Shown here piece after piece: positions 31,467 to 41,631 of a stretch of DNA of 64,000 nucleotides. The number at the start of each line of letters is the position of its first letter. Within the stretch, counting starts at the first letter, position 1. The position numbers and the translations under genes are program-made. The stretch is from a virus, in the IMG/VR virus record IMGVR_UViG_3300008262_000018, positions 57,097-121,096 of that record; one strand, 5' to 3'. Below the pieces are notes generated by a model. That model did no database searches. It worked only from the letters and a program-made list of their open reading frames with translations, and was not told where the DNA came from.

Positions 31467-32504
31467 TTATAATTCTTCGCCAATATCAGCGGATACATTT
31501 CTTGATGATCTACGTATATACGCTGTAGAAGTTGTGCTTATAGGTTTTGGTATTTCTACCAATTTTTGTAAACTAAACTCAGCACGCATATATAATAGTT
31601 CATTTTCGTTTTTGGAATTTCTAAGTTTTAAAGGATGTAAATATACTAAATTAGTATCACATGGAAGCTTATCTGGACCATATTGTTTTATACCATTTAT
31701 ACCAGGTCTAGCCATTGCAATAACGGCATCTGAACCTTGCATAAGAGCATCACCTCCAAATATATCACTACTAGTGGGGTAGTTAGCAATAGATCCTGGA
31801 GTTTTTCTTGAAGCTTCATCAAGAGTTCTGTTAAGCTGGGTGATCATCATAACAATAATAGGAAGCTCATTTTTAAGATTCATGAGCATTTCTACAGTGT
31901 TATAAAGAGTATTTAGCTTTTCTTTCTCATCACTTGCTTGTTTGATAAGCCAGCTATGATCTATAGTGACAATAAGAGGTTTAGATCCCATGTCATCATA
32001 ATAGTAGTGAACATATTCTCGTATCTGTTTCCAATTACAAGGTTTGTTAATCTGAAGTCTAAACACTCCTTTACTAGCCAACTCTCTAGAATGTTTTGTA
32101 AACTTTTCTAGGTGTTGTACAGCAAAGTCACTGAGTTGTTCTTTAGTACTCAATACTTGGTTATAGTCTAAAGCCACTTGAGCTGCAAACTCTCTAGAAG
32201 CAGATTGCTTAGGACCCATCTCAAATTGAAACTCTAATATGTTAAAATGCTGATCTGGATTTTGTTTGTAGCTTTCTCTCAAAATCTGACCTACCATTAG
32301 AGTTTTACCTTGACCAGGTCTAGCTCCTATAGTGAGTAGTGATCCCCATTCTAATCCATTAAGAGTAGCATCATTCAAACCAATCCATGGAGTTTTAAAT
32401 GATTTAATTCTTCCATCCCTTCTATCTTTAATATACTGCAAACCTTCTTCGTATATTTCGTGTATAAACTTAGCACCACCAGGTCTGCTATCATTTTTTA
32501 TCAT
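31467..32504 (-). CDS. DnaB-like replicative helicase
   Basis: IGARPGQGKT, FQFEM, IDH, ITQLNR, SDIFGGD. Confidence 0.9.
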   Translation of the reverse strand: MIKNDSRPGGAKFIHEIYEEGLQYIKDRRDGRIKSFKTPWIGLNDATLNGLEWGSLLTIGARPGQGKTLMVGQILRESYKQNPDQHFNILEFQFEMGPKQSASREFAAQVALDYNQVLSTKEQLSDFAVQHLEKFTKHSRELASKGVFRLQINKPCNWKQIREYVHYYYDDMGSKPLIVTIDHSWLIKQASDEKEKLNTLYNTVEMLMNLKNELPIIVMMITQLNRTLDEASRKTPGSIANYPTSSDIFGGDALMQGSDAVIAMARPGINGIKQYGPDKLPCDTNLVYLHPLKLRNSKNENELLYMRAEFSLQKLVEIPKPISTTSTAYIRRSSRNVSADIGEEL

Positions 32505-32719
32505 GATAATACTCTTTTAATTTCTTTTTGAACAGAATCCATAGTTTTTTTAGCTCCTGCTTCAAGTCCTTTAATAAACGCATGTTGTATAACTAATCTA
32601 AACATATCATATCTAGTTAGTCTTACATCATCATCTTCTTTCTCAATATTAGCAGTGCATCTATTAAAGTATTCTTTTATTGATACTTCTGGTAATAGTT
32701 CATCAATATCTAGTTCCAT
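32501..32719 (-). CDS. Hypothetical protein
   Basis: 72-aa coupled ORF. Confidence 0.6.
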   Translation of the reverse strand: MELDIDELLPEVSIKEYFNRCTANIEKEDDDVRLTRYDMFRLVIQHAFIKGLEAGAKKTMDSVQKEIKRVLS

Positions 32720-33303
32720 TACATTTCATTTAATTCGTTAACAATATTGGGGTTATCTAATAGTTGCTGACAAGTATCAGCTAGCTTTGAAGTGTACGTA
32801 TTATCAGGGTTCTTTTTCTTAATAAAATAGCTACTAGTTTGCATATAGAGATAGTCTGCTTTTGCATATCTAGCTACATAATAATCTGTAGCATCTAGTA
32901 CGAGTTCCCATGTAAATTCAGGATAGGTTTTAAAGAACCACACAAACTTGTCCTTTAATTCATTTACTGTTTGTCTAGCCAACTCACCAGATGGAAGACG
33001 CTTAGCTGGAAAGATCTCACGATATTCTTTAATCTTTGTCATAAAATCTTCACCTAATACAGAAGCAGCTACTTTCTTTTTAGTTTTAACAATATAAAGA
33101 TCTAGTTCTTCTAGTATTTGTAATGCCTTGGGAGTGAGCACGTTATCATCAGTTATGAGTCCTTTAGCTTGACATATCATAGCTTCTGCGTTCTTATTTA
33201 TAAGACTATCAGGTTGAATACGATATCTACAACAATCAAGGAAGTAGAGCTGATTCATCGTTATCCTGTGCCTGATTGCTACATTCCAGAAGTTTTGGGT
33301 CAT
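32719..33303 (-). CDS. Hypothetical protein (possible replication accessory)
   Basis: 194-aa ORF upstream of DnaB. Confidence 0.6.
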   Translation of the reverse strand: MTQNFWNVAIRHRITMNQLYFLDCCRYRIQPDSLINKNAEAMICQAKGLITDDNVLTPKALQILEELDLYIVKTKKKVAASVLGEDFMTKIKEYREIFPAKRLPSGELARQTVNELKDKFVWFFKTYPEFTWELVLDATDYYVARYAKADYLYMQTSSYFIKKKNPDNTYTSKLADTCQQLLDNPNIVNELNEM

Positions 33304-33757
33304 AATTTTCTAATTTTTGTTTTACGTGTTGAAATATCTCTTTATAAAGTTCTATGATTTGAGGGTTTGTTTCCATTAAATTCTTAAATGTGTCTACATT
33401 ATGAATAATAGTACTATGGTCTCTAGAAATTGATCTAGCTATTCTAACAAGAGAGTGACCCATCATTCTTGCTATAAAACAATACACCATTCTCACTTGA
33501 ACTATTTCTCTATACCTTTTTTTACTATCTAGTGGCATTCTAGCTCCATTTTTGAATGGTGTAATTTCTTCAAACCATTCTCTAAGCACTCTTAAGTTTA
33601 CAGGTTTAAGATCAGAATGACCTTTCTTTTCTGGATCAATTTCTTTGTGGTTTCTAGAGATAACAACGGGCTCATATCCCATCTTTCTATAAAACAATCT
33701 TTTAAACTCTCCAATGAGTTTAAGTTCTAATCTTTCTTCGTAAGCAATTTCATTCAT
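33236..33757 (-). CDS. DnaA C-terminal (domain IV) HTH protein
   Basis: SKKRYREIVQVRMVYCFIAR..SLVRIARSISRDHSTIIH matches the DnaA domain IV signature (RDHTTV). Confidence 0.8.
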   Translation of the reverse strand: MNEIAYEERLELKLIGEFKRLFYRKMGYEPVVISRNHKEIDPEKKGHSDLKPVNLRVLREWFEEITPFKNGARMPLDSKKRYREIVQVRMVYCFIARMMGHSLVRIARSISRDHSTIIHNVDTFKNLMETNPQIIELYKEIFQHVKQKLENYDPKLLECSNQAQDNDESALLP

Positions 33758-33861
33758 CAGCGTTAAATTTTAATAGTTAATAATAGGAAAAATCCTTAAA
33801 AAATTGTATATTATATTGTAATCTCCATACTTCTAAGGTTCCGCATGCTGTAAAGGTATGG

Positions 33862-33870
33862 TGTGGATAA
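33862..33870 (-). promoter_or_regulatory. Perfect DnaA box TTATCCACA
   Basis: tgtggataa in the divergent intergenic region upstream of the DnaA-domain gene. Confidence 0.45.
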
Positions 33871-33916
33871 GAAACCAACAAATCTTTTTTATGTAAACAT
33901 CTATAATTTTTTAAAA

Positions 33917-34243
33917 ATGGTAAGGGTTAAAAATTCTGCATTAGACGAGGTAAAAGCATGGCTATTTCCATCTATAGTAGGTATTTTAGGCGTAATTATT
34001 TGGCAAGATATTAAGGAAATTAAATCTGACATAAAGTCTCTTATTGCTCAGTCTAATATAGACAAAACCAGGATAGATAATTTAGAAAGAGTTATATATA
34101 AAAAGACAACTTTTACAGAATTTGAAAAAAAAAGCAAGGATTCTGGGAGTAATAGTTTACTCGTAGAATTATATACGTGTTGTTTATTAGAAAATCGTAA
34201 GAAGCGTGTATCACCCGATTCAAGGGAAGATTTGTTAGGATGA
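33917..34243 (+). CDS. Membrane protein with coiled coil (holin/antiholin-like)
   Basis: One TM helix (WLFPSIVGILGVIIW) followed by a coiled coil; ATG at 33917. Confidence 0.55.
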   Translation: MVRVKNSALDEVKAWLFPSIVGILGVIIWQDIKEIKSDIKSLIAQSNIDKTRIDNLERVIYKKTTFTEFEKKSKDSGSNSLLVELYTCCLLENRKKRVSPDSREDLLG

Positions 34244-34551
34244 AAAAACTATTTAAATATATAGAACCTTTATGGTTGGGAACCAACAGTAAGATTTCTA
34301 TAAGAAGAGTGCTAGCCTTAGTTTTTTCAATAGATTTAGTGAGAAATCTTTCTCACATTATACATAAGTGGGAAATGGGTAAATCATATGCTGATGTTGC
34401 TATGTTACTTGGACTTGAAGCTGCTCTCATAGCAGCTCTTTTATCTTTAACTACATATTCAGCTATGATTAACAAAAAGGTTGATAATCAATCAAATATA
34501 TCAGTGGTTAACTCAAGAACCTGCGCCTCGACATCTATTAAAAGCTGTTGA
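34240..34551 (+). CDS. Putative holin
   Basis: Two hydrophobic segments, directly upstream of the endolysin. Confidence 0.55.
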   Translation: MKKLFKYIEPLWLGTNSKISIRRVLALVFSIDLVRNLSHIIHKWEMGKSYADVAMLLGLEAALIAALLSLTTYSAMINKKVDNQSNISVVNSRTCASTSIKSC

Positions 34552-35008
34552 GCTTTTTGGTGTTACAGAAAGTGTAGGAAATATTAACAATCCTGTTATT
34601 ATGGGATGGGCTAAAGAACTTGGATTAGAGAAAGTTTACACAGCAGATTCCATTCCTTGGTGTGGATTGTATGCTGCTGTTGTTATACATAGAGCTCAAA
34701 GACCTGTTGTAGATCAACCTTTATGGGCTCTTAATTGGAATAAGTTTGGTGTAAGAGTAACAGAACCTATGCTTGGTGATGTTCTTACATTTACAAGAAA
34801 ATCAGGAGGACACGTTGGTTTTTATGTAGGAGAAGATGCTACAGCATATCATGTACTAGGTGGTAATCAAGGAGATAAAGTTTGCGTATCGCGAATTGCG
34901 AAATCAAGATTATCACAAGCAAGACGTCCTCAATATAATTCACAACCTACTAATATTAGGAAAGTGGTGTTAGCATCTAATGGTGCTCTATCTACTAATG
35001 AAGCTTAA
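34481..35008 (+). CDS. TIGR02594-family NlpC/P60-like peptidoglycan hydrolase (endolysin)
   Basis: DSIPWCGL, GGHVGFYVG, VLGGNQGD; start uncertain (no ATG). Confidence 0.85.
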   Translation: MIINQIYQWLTQEPAPRHLLKAVELFGVTESVGNINNPVIMGWAKELGLEKVYTADSIPWCGLYAAVVIHRAQRPVVDQPLWALNWNKFGVRVTEPMLGDVLTFTRKSGGHVGFYVGEDATAYHVLGGNQGDKVCVSRIAKSRLSQARRPQYNSQPTNIRKVVLASNGALSTNEA

Positions 35009-35013
35009 ATACT

Positions 35014-35505
35014 ATGGCAAAGAAACGCGCTTTTGTTAGATATACTAAATCTGGGGACATAGTTCCTGGTAGTCTTGTTGTTACAACTAATGGAGGATAT
35101 CCTGATAAGTCTTCTCTTTGGGAAGAAGTTACAGTAAGTAAGTGTTGTCCTGATGTATGTGGTTGTGAAAAAGAAACTATAACTCTACCTTTTCTTATTA
35201 CTCCAGAAATAGGTTTTCCTTATTATTCAATACAAGTAATGATTTCGTGTAAAACTCCAGCGCTTGAAGAACGATATATTGCAGGTTATAATCCTGGTTT
35301 TACAACATTAGAAGATCTTTTTTCTTATTTTAATCAAACTACAGAAAATATTCAAATATCTTTAGCTTCTTTAACTGAAATATCAGTTACTTTTTGTAAA
35401 CGCAAAATTGAGTGTTTACATGAAGATGCTCCTTGTTTTGGGTATGTTTTAGGTGTATATATCAATGGTGATTCGTTTGCATCAGTATGTAATATAAATA
35501 ATTAA
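35014..35505 (+). CDS. Putative virion structural protein (MAKKRAFVRY family, copy 1)
   Basis: N-terminal ~45 aa similar to the ORF at 41042. Confidence 0.55.
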   Translation: MAKKRAFVRYTKSGDIVPGSLVVTTNGGYPDKSSLWEEVTVSKCCPDVCGCEKETITLPFLITPEIGFPYYSIQVMISCKTPALEERYIAGYNPGFTTLEDLFSYFNQTTENIQISLASLTEISVTFCKRKIECLHEDAPCFGYVLGVYINGDSFASVCNINN

Positions 35506-35516
35506 AATATATAATA

Positions 35517-37097
35517 ATGCCAATTAGAAAAATTAAAGCACAAAGTCCTGATCCTTATTTAGGTAAAATAGCAGGAGACACTGAACTAGCACGTTTAGCC
35601 CATCTTAACTATGTTATTGATGCAATTAATAATGGTGGTGGGGGTGGTTCAATCACTGTTAACGGTAATTCTGATATAACTAATATAACAATTAGTCCTA
35701 CATTATCAACTTCAGTTGGAGGAGGTTCTATAGAACTTACAATTGATCCCTATCCAGGATATAATGTGTATAGAGCTAAAATAGCTACACAAGCTATTGA
35801 TTGGCCTGGATATGGTTATTTGTATAATTGGTATGCAGTAGATGATGCAAGAGGGTTAGCTAATCCAGATGGTGGTACAGGATTAACAGCTCCTAATGAA
35901 TGGAGAGTTCCTAGTGATACAGATTGGGATACATTAGCAACATTTGCTGGTGGTAGTAGTGTAGCAGGTGGTAAATTAAAATCTACATTAACTTCTACAG
36001 CTTATCCTTTTTATGGATGGGCTAGTGCTGCAGGAACAAATGATTATAATTTTAGCGCATTACCAGGAAGTTTTCGAGATGAAGGAGGAAGTTTTAGTCC
36101 ATTAATTAGTATTTTAGGAGTTTTTTGGACTAGTAATTCAACAGGTGGTTCTGTAGCAATAGCTCGTATACTTGATGGTTCACAAAATCTTGGTGGTTTT
36201 TCTATAAATAAAAATAGAGGAAATTCAGTAAGACTAGTAAGAGAAGCTACAGCAGGAGAACTTCTTCTTCCTGATGGAACAACTTCAGATAGTATGTTAT
36301 TACCTGTTTATAATGGAAATAATGGGTTTACATATGTTACAGTTAAAATAGGTACGCAAATATGGCTTGCTCAAAATCTTAGAGAGACAAAGTATAACGA
36401 TAATAGTGATATATTTAATGGAACAATGTTTGGAGGTGATACTACTAACTCTTGGTGGCAAGCAAGAGGAGCAGCTCAAGAAGGTGCTTATACAGGTTAT
36501 TTATTTGATGGTACTATTGTAGCATATAATCCAAATACTATTGTTAATTTTTACAATGATGTATTAGAAAATACATTTGAAACTGATCTTATTTGGGTAC
36601 GCTCAACTGATGGGTATGGATCATTATATAATGTATCTATCGGTGGTGGATCAAGACCTTGGAATAAAACACATATTAAAGTTACACCTGCTTGGAAAAA
36701 TGATGATCCAAGTATATCTACTGTAGTAAAAACATTAACAGAAAAAAGTCTTGTTGTACAAAATGCAGAAGAAGGATTATATTTTATAAAGTTTTTTCCA
36801 TTTGAAAGAGATATTACTGGAGCAGCATCTTCAAAAGATTTAAATAATTACTCTCCAACAGGATTTGATAAAAGTTATGTTTATGTTGAAATTATAGAAT
36901 ATGGATCTGAATCGCCTTACTATTACAGTGGACTTTTCTCAGGAATTGGTATTTCAAATCTTGAAGAAGAAGAGCTTCTTACTTATGAAATAGATGGTGT
37001 AACATATACAGAAGATCCTGAGGTTAAACGTCTCTCTAAGATTTATGTAGAAATATATAAGCAATTAGGCATTGATTTAAACCCTAGTGGTGTATGA
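35517..37097 (+). CDS. Fibre/decoration protein with FISUMP (Fib_succ_major) domain
   Basis: GYLYNWYAV, WRVPSDTDW, GKLKS, FSALPG, FWTS, GNSVRLVRE, YVTVKIGTQIWLAQNL. Confidence 0.8.
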   Translation: MPIRKIKAQSPDPYLGKIAGDTELARLAHLNYVIDAINNGGGGGSITVNGNSDITNITISPTLSTSVGGGSIELTIDPYPGYNVYRAKIATQAIDWPGYGYLYNWYAVDDARGLANPDGGTGLTAPNEWRVPSDTDWDTLATFAGGSSVAGGKLKSTLTSTAYPFYGWASAAGTNDYNFSALPGSFRDEGGSFSPLISILGVFWTSNSTGGSVAIARILDGSQNLGGFSINKNRGNSVRLVREATAGELLLPDGTTSDSMLLPVYNGNNGFTYVTVKIGTQIWLAQNLRETKYNDNSDIFNGTMFGGDTTNSWWQARGAAQEGAYTGYLFDGTIVAYNPNTIVNFYNDVLENTFETDLIWVRSTDGYGSLYNVSIGGGSRPWNKTHIKVTPAWKNDDPSISTVVKTLTEKSLVVQNAEEGLYFIKFFPFERDITGAASSKDLNNYSPTGFDKSYVYVEIIEYGSESPYYYSGLFSGIGISNLEEEELLTYEIDGVTYTEDPEVKRLSKIYVEIYKQLGIDLNPSGV

Positions 37098-37927
37098 TAG
37101 AAAGAGTAGTGTATTCATTATGGACAACTCCTATGGATGGTGAACATGTAGGGTTTAATACAGAGGAAGCATTGTTTAATTGTTTTAAACTATCTCTACA
37201 TTATGCCAAAAAGTGGTTTAAAGAAGTACATTTAGTTACAGATGTGAAAGGAAAAGTTCTTGTAGAAAAACATGGATTAGAGTTTGACAATATAAACACT
37301 GATTTAGAACATGTAATGAAAGGTGTTTATAGAAATCATTGGTCTTTAGGTAAGATATATGCGTGTAAGATACAGGATAAGCCTTTTATGCATATTGATA
37401 TAGATGTTATATGGTTTAAGAAACCTCCACAAAGTATATTAACATCAGATGCTAGTTTTCAATGTATAGAAGATCAGTCTCAAGAATATTGGTATGAGCT
37501 TCTTATAGATCATGCTGATAAACATTACAAAAACAAACCTTCTTGGTTTAATTGTAAAGAGATAAAAGCATACAATTGTGGGTTTATAGGATTTAACAAA
37601 CTTGGTATAGTTAGTGAATGGTGGGATGAAGCTATTAAATATATAAAATATTTAGATAATTCAGGGTTTGATTACAACCATCACTTATCATGCTTGATAT
37701 ATGAACAGTTTGCTATATACCACTTGTCTAAATATAGAAAATATCAAGTGGATATTTTATCAAATCACCATTCAAGTTCTAAAGGAAAAGGATGGCTTCC
37801 AGAAGATGCTGCTAAAGAATTAGGATATACACATCTTATTGCTGCTTCTAAAAGAGATAAAAAAATAGAGGATTTAGTTAAAAGAAAACTAGAAAAAATA
37901 GATAAAGAATCATTAATATCTGCTTAA
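37094..37927 (+). CDS. DUF6734-like putative glycosyltransferase
   Basis: VYSLWT, VHLVTD, WSLGKIYA..QDKPFMHIDIDVIW (DxD), YNCGFIG, IYEQ, YTHL. Confidence 0.7.
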   Translation: MIERVVYSLWTTPMDGEHVGFNTEEALFNCFKLSLHYAKKWFKEVHLVTDVKGKVLVEKHGLEFDNINTDLEHVMKGVYRNHWSLGKIYACKIQDKPFMHIDIDVIWFKKPPQSILTSDASFQCIEDQSQEYWYELLIDHADKHYKNKPSWFNCKEIKAYNCGFIGFNKLGIVSEWWDEAIKYIKYLDNSGFDYNHHLSCLIYEQFAIYHLSKYRKYQVDILSNHHSSSKGKGWLPEDAAKELGYTHLIAASKRDKKIEDLVKRKLEKIDKESLISA

Positions 37928-37928
37928 T

Positions 37929-39302
37929 ATGTACAACGATCCACAAATATTATATCTTCTTAAGAATATAAACAGACAAATCTGTTGTATTAATGGAGGT
38001 GATGCTCCTACTACACCAACAGAAATTACCTTTGCTCCATCTACATCTCAAGATTCTTTTGGAAGACTTAGAGTATCTGAGCCTTTTACAATGTTTGATT
38101 CTAGTCATAGATTTGATGACAATGATCTTTGGTCTACAGCTGTTAATGGAGGCACAGCTACATTTAATGCTAACCAAGGACTTGTAGACTTAACTGTTAC
38201 AAGGTCAGCTGATATAATAACTCCTAATTATGTTATTAGAGAAACAAATAAAGTGTTCTCTTACCAACCAGGTAAGTCACTTCTCACTTTAAATACATTT
38301 GTTTTCAATCCTGCTCAAGCTGGTCTTAGACAGAGAGTGGGATATTTTCGTGAAAATGGAATAATAGGGGGTGGAGTGATTACACAATCTAATGGTTTTT
38401 ATTTACAATTAGCAGATAAAAGCTTTGCAGGAGGTACTGTAAATACACTTAGTTTTGTTAAAGCTAGCACTGTAACAGGAACACCTGTATATACAGAAGT
38501 TAACCAAGCAGATTGGAATGGTGATAAGCTTGATGGAACAGGTCCTTCAGGACTCACTCTTGACATCACTAAAGCACAAATTCTTTGGATGGATATGGAG
38601 TGGTTAGGAGTGGGATCTGTAAGAATGGGATTTGTTATTAATGGACAATTTATTCTTTGTCACACATTTCATCATGCTAACATCATAACTTCTACATACA
38701 TTACAACTGCTTCACTACCACTGCGTTATGATATAATCACTACATCTGGTGCAGGTGGAACAGCTACATTAAAGCAAATTTGTTCTACAGTGATATCAGA
38801 AGGTGGGTATGAACTTAGAGGTAAACAGCAGTCTATTGGTAGACCTATCACTGCACCAATGACATTTGCTGTAGCAGGTACATACTATCCAGTTGTAGGA
38901 ATAAGACTTAAATCTACAAGACTAGATGCTATTGTAATTGCAACAGCTATTTCTCTCATAGGACTTGGTAATGGTAAAAACTATCAATGGAGAGTGGTGA
39001 ATGGCAATGTAGCAATTTCTGGAGGAAGTTGGGTGCCTGCTGGTGGTGATTCTGCTGTAGAATATAATATTACAGGAACAAGTGCTACAGGTGGGAGAGT
39101 GTTAGCTAGTGGATATGTTAACTCCTCTAACCAAGGATCTCCTAGTATAAACATCCTTAAAGAAGCTCTTTTTTCTAACCAGCTTGAGAGAGACGCTTTA
39201 TCAGGTGTTCCTTATGAGCTTGTTATAGAAATGGCTATTGATGCAGTGGGAGGAGTGTTAGGTGCTTATGCTTCTATAGATTGGGAGGAAATTAGTAGAT
39301 AA
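37929..39302 (+). CDS. Beta-rich virion structural/fibre protein
   Basis: DSFGRLRVSEPFTMFD, YQPGKS, EWLGVGSVRMG, LKQICSTVISEGG, ASIDWEE. Confidence 0.65.
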   Translation: MYNDPQILYLLKNINRQICCINGGDAPTTPTEITFAPSTSQDSFGRLRVSEPFTMFDSSHRFDDNDLWSTAVNGGTATFNANQGLVDLTVTRSADIITPNYVIRETNKVFSYQPGKSLLTLNTFVFNPAQAGLRQRVGYFRENGIIGGGVITQSNGFYLQLADKSFAGGTVNTLSFVKASTVTGTPVYTEVNQADWNGDKLDGTGPSGLTLDITKAQILWMDMEWLGVGSVRMGFVINGQFILCHTFHHANIITSTYITTASLPLRYDIITTSGAGGTATLKQICSTVISEGGYELRGKQQSIGRPITAPMTFAVAGTYYPVVGIRLKSTRLDAIVIATAISLIGLGNGKNYQWRVVNGNVAISGGSWVPAGGDSAVEYNITGTSATGGRVLASGYVNSSNQGSPSINILKEALFSNQLERDALSGVPYELVIEMAIDAVGGVLGAYASIDWEEISR

Positions 39303-39309
39303 TAATAAT

Positions 39310-40113
39310 ATGGCACAAGGTATATACGATTTATTGCAAGAAACATTAAAGCTTACAACTAACTTAAATAAACAGTTGTGTTGTAATGAAGTTCCTATTA
39401 CTACCACTACTACAGTAGCACCTACTACAACTACTACTTTATTAGTAACAAGTAGAAAAGCTTGGATTGTTGAAGTTCTTTTTGCAGGAAGAAGTATGAC
39501 AATTCCAAATAAAACAGCTTATTATACAGGAAACACTGTTGCAAACATTACAGCATTAAATCCTGATTTAATTTTAGCAGCTATATTTAGTCAAGATATT
39601 GGAGGATCGTTTGGTATTAATATATCTAGAACAATATCTGAAAGTGTATCATCTCCATTTACAACAGTAACTCCTACATATACTTTTAATGATGGAAATG
39701 GTTTTCCAATATTAAGATCTATTAAACAAGCTTACGCTTTTTGGACTAAAGTTATAAATGATACATTTTTATCAACTAGAAATGCCCAAATTGTTATAAA
39801 AAGAGTTAGTATACCTGTTGGTGGAACACCCTCTGTAAATGATGGATGCTTTTTGATTGCAATTGAATTTGATTCAACAAATCAAGAACGTGATGGATAT
39901 ACTTTTCTTGGAAAAACTTATGACTTTTTTAACATTCCAGGAACAGTAAATCCATCATCATTTACCTATACTAATGAATTTAGTAATGTTTCAGGTAGTG
40001 GTTCAAATTTTCCAATGTTTCTTGCATCACCTAGCTCAACTTGGGTAAATAATGTAACAGTTGTTGCAGGTGCAACAATAAGAGAAGATTTCCCAATTCC
40101 TTTAGGATGGTAA
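39310..40113 (+). CDS. Putative fibre protein with Thr-rich linker
   Basis: NLNKQLCC N-terminus, PITTTTTVAPTTTTT linker. Confidence 0.55.
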   Translation: MAQGIYDLLQETLKLTTNLNKQLCCNEVPITTTTTVAPTTTTTLLVTSRKAWIVEVLFAGRSMTIPNKTAYYTGNTVANITALNPDLILAAIFSQDIGGSFGINISRTISESVSSPFTTVTPTYTFNDGNGFPILRSIKQAYAFWTKVINDTFLSTRNAQIVIKRVSIPVGGTPSVNDGCFLIAIEFDSTNQERDGYTFLGKTYDFFNIPGTVNPSSFTYTNEFSNVSGSGSNFPMFLASPSSTWVNNVTVVAGATIREDFPIPLGW

Positions 40114-40125
40114 AAAATTATAATT

Positions 40126-40362
40126 ATGGAATTTAATATTGAAGATCAATTAATTAATGGAATTCAATTTAATACAATTGAATGGACTTTTACACCTGAA
40201 GTTTTAATTTCAGATGCATTTATTAATGTAGGCGCATATGGAATACGTTATTATAATGGTGTATTAATAATTGAAGATAATAATATTGGATTATTACAAA
40301 GTTCATCACCTTCTGGTTTAGAAGCATACGTAGACGAAAACAAAATTTTAAAACTTAGATAA
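40126..40362 (+). CDS. Hypothetical protein
   Basis: 78-aa ORF within the operon. Confidence 0.6.
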   Translation: MEFNIEDQLINGIQFNTIEWTFTPEVLISDAFINVGAYGIRYYNGVLIIEDNNIGLLQSSSPSGLEAYVDENKILKLR

Positions 40363-40363
40363 C

Positions 40364-41020
40364 ATGGCACTACCATTATACGATTTAATAAGCAATATTA
40401 ATAAACAAATAAAATCTATTTGCTGTAAAATAGATACAATACTAAATGGTGGAGGATTACGTCCATACAAAGTGTACACAGCTTTGTTAACACAGAGTGG
40501 TGGAGATTTCTCTAGTACTACTTTTGGAGATGAACCTTTACTGTTAGGTGTAACGTATATTATCACTGCAAATCCTGATAATTACGATTTGACACCATAT
40601 GGGGCTCCTAATAGTAATGTTGGTACATCTTTTGTTTCAACAAGTGATGGTGTCCCATTACCATATACAGTATCTTTAGAATTAAGCTTCAATCAAGGAG
40701 CTCCAGTAGTAACAGTGTTAGAGAATACTATTGGGAATATTTGGTGGACTTATGCTACTACTGGGGTATATCAAATGATATCTAATGGATTATTTATTAC
40801 CAATAAAACTTTTATTTTAAATGGAACTATATATGAAAATGTTTTATATAACAAATTTATAGGTGGAGATGGTAGTGGATTTATACCAGAACAAGGATAT
40901 AGTATATCATACAATACTGATTCAACAATAACACTTAGGTCAATTTCAGGAGTTGAAAATTTAAGTGATTCTGTCATTACACCACAACAAATAATGATAG
41001 AAATCAGAGTGTATAATTAA
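40364..41020 (+). CDS. Putative fibre/structural protein
   Basis: NINKQIKSICC N-terminus; YKVYTALLTQSG..APVVTVLENTIG..IEIRVYN domain. Confidence 0.65.
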   Translation: MALPLYDLISNINKQIKSICCKIDTILNGGGLRPYKVYTALLTQSGGDFSSTTFGDEPLLLGVTYIITANPDNYDLTPYGAPNSNVGTSFVSTSDGVPLPYTVSLELSFNQGAPVVTVLENTIGNIWWTYATTGVYQMISNGLFITNKTFILNGTIYENVLYNKFIGGDGSGFIPEQGYSISYNTDSTITLRSISGVENLSDSVITPQQIMIEIRVYN

Positions 41021-41041
41021 ATAATATAAAAACAAAACAAA

Positions 41042-41619
41042 ATGGCAAAGAAAAGAGCATTTGTAAGGTACAGCAAACAAGGAAAAATTGTACCTGGGAG
41101 CTTGATCCTAACAGCAGGATCTTATCCTAATGGACCTTCTACTTGGAAAGAAGTTCCAGCAGACTTATGTTGTAACACTGTTCAAGATGGTGGGTACACA
41201 TGCTGCATAGCAATACAAGCTATTGCAGATGAAGAAACTGGATTGTATGGTTTTACGTTAGAGGTTAGAAATGGAGGACCTAATTTAACAGGAAGTATTC
41301 AATGGACACCTACAGTGAGTTGCTGTTTACATCTTTAGATTTTACAGGAATAACTACAATAACACAGTTATTTAATATAGGTACAGGATTGCAACATATA
41401 AATATCACAGGTTGTGTAAACTTGGATGATGTTGATTTATCTAGTAATGCTTTAACAGAAGCTTCTGTGGATCATGTTCTTATTGCACTTGATGATAATG
41501 GTCTTACTGATGGTTTTCTTTATCTCGATGGAGGAACTAATGCTACACCATCTGCTTTAGGTTTAGCAGCTAAGTTAAGTTTAGAAGCAAAAAATTGGGA
41601 CGTATTCATTAACCCTTAA
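41042..41619 (+). pseudogene. MAKKRAFVRY-family structural protein copy 2 with LRR-like C-terminus, split into 41042-41338 and 41302-41619
   Basis: Two overlapping ORFs; the second has LQHINITGCVNLDDVDLSSNALT (LRR) and ASVDHVLIALD. Confidence 0.55.
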
Positions 41620-41631
41620 AATTTAAATATC

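Noticed and set aside
23884-32504. Inteins or group I introns in PolB, primase or helicase
   Set aside because: Proteins are of normal length with contiguous motifs.
35517-37097. Diversity-generating retroelement
   Set aside because: A possible target fold is present, but no reverse transcriptase or template repeat was seen in this window.
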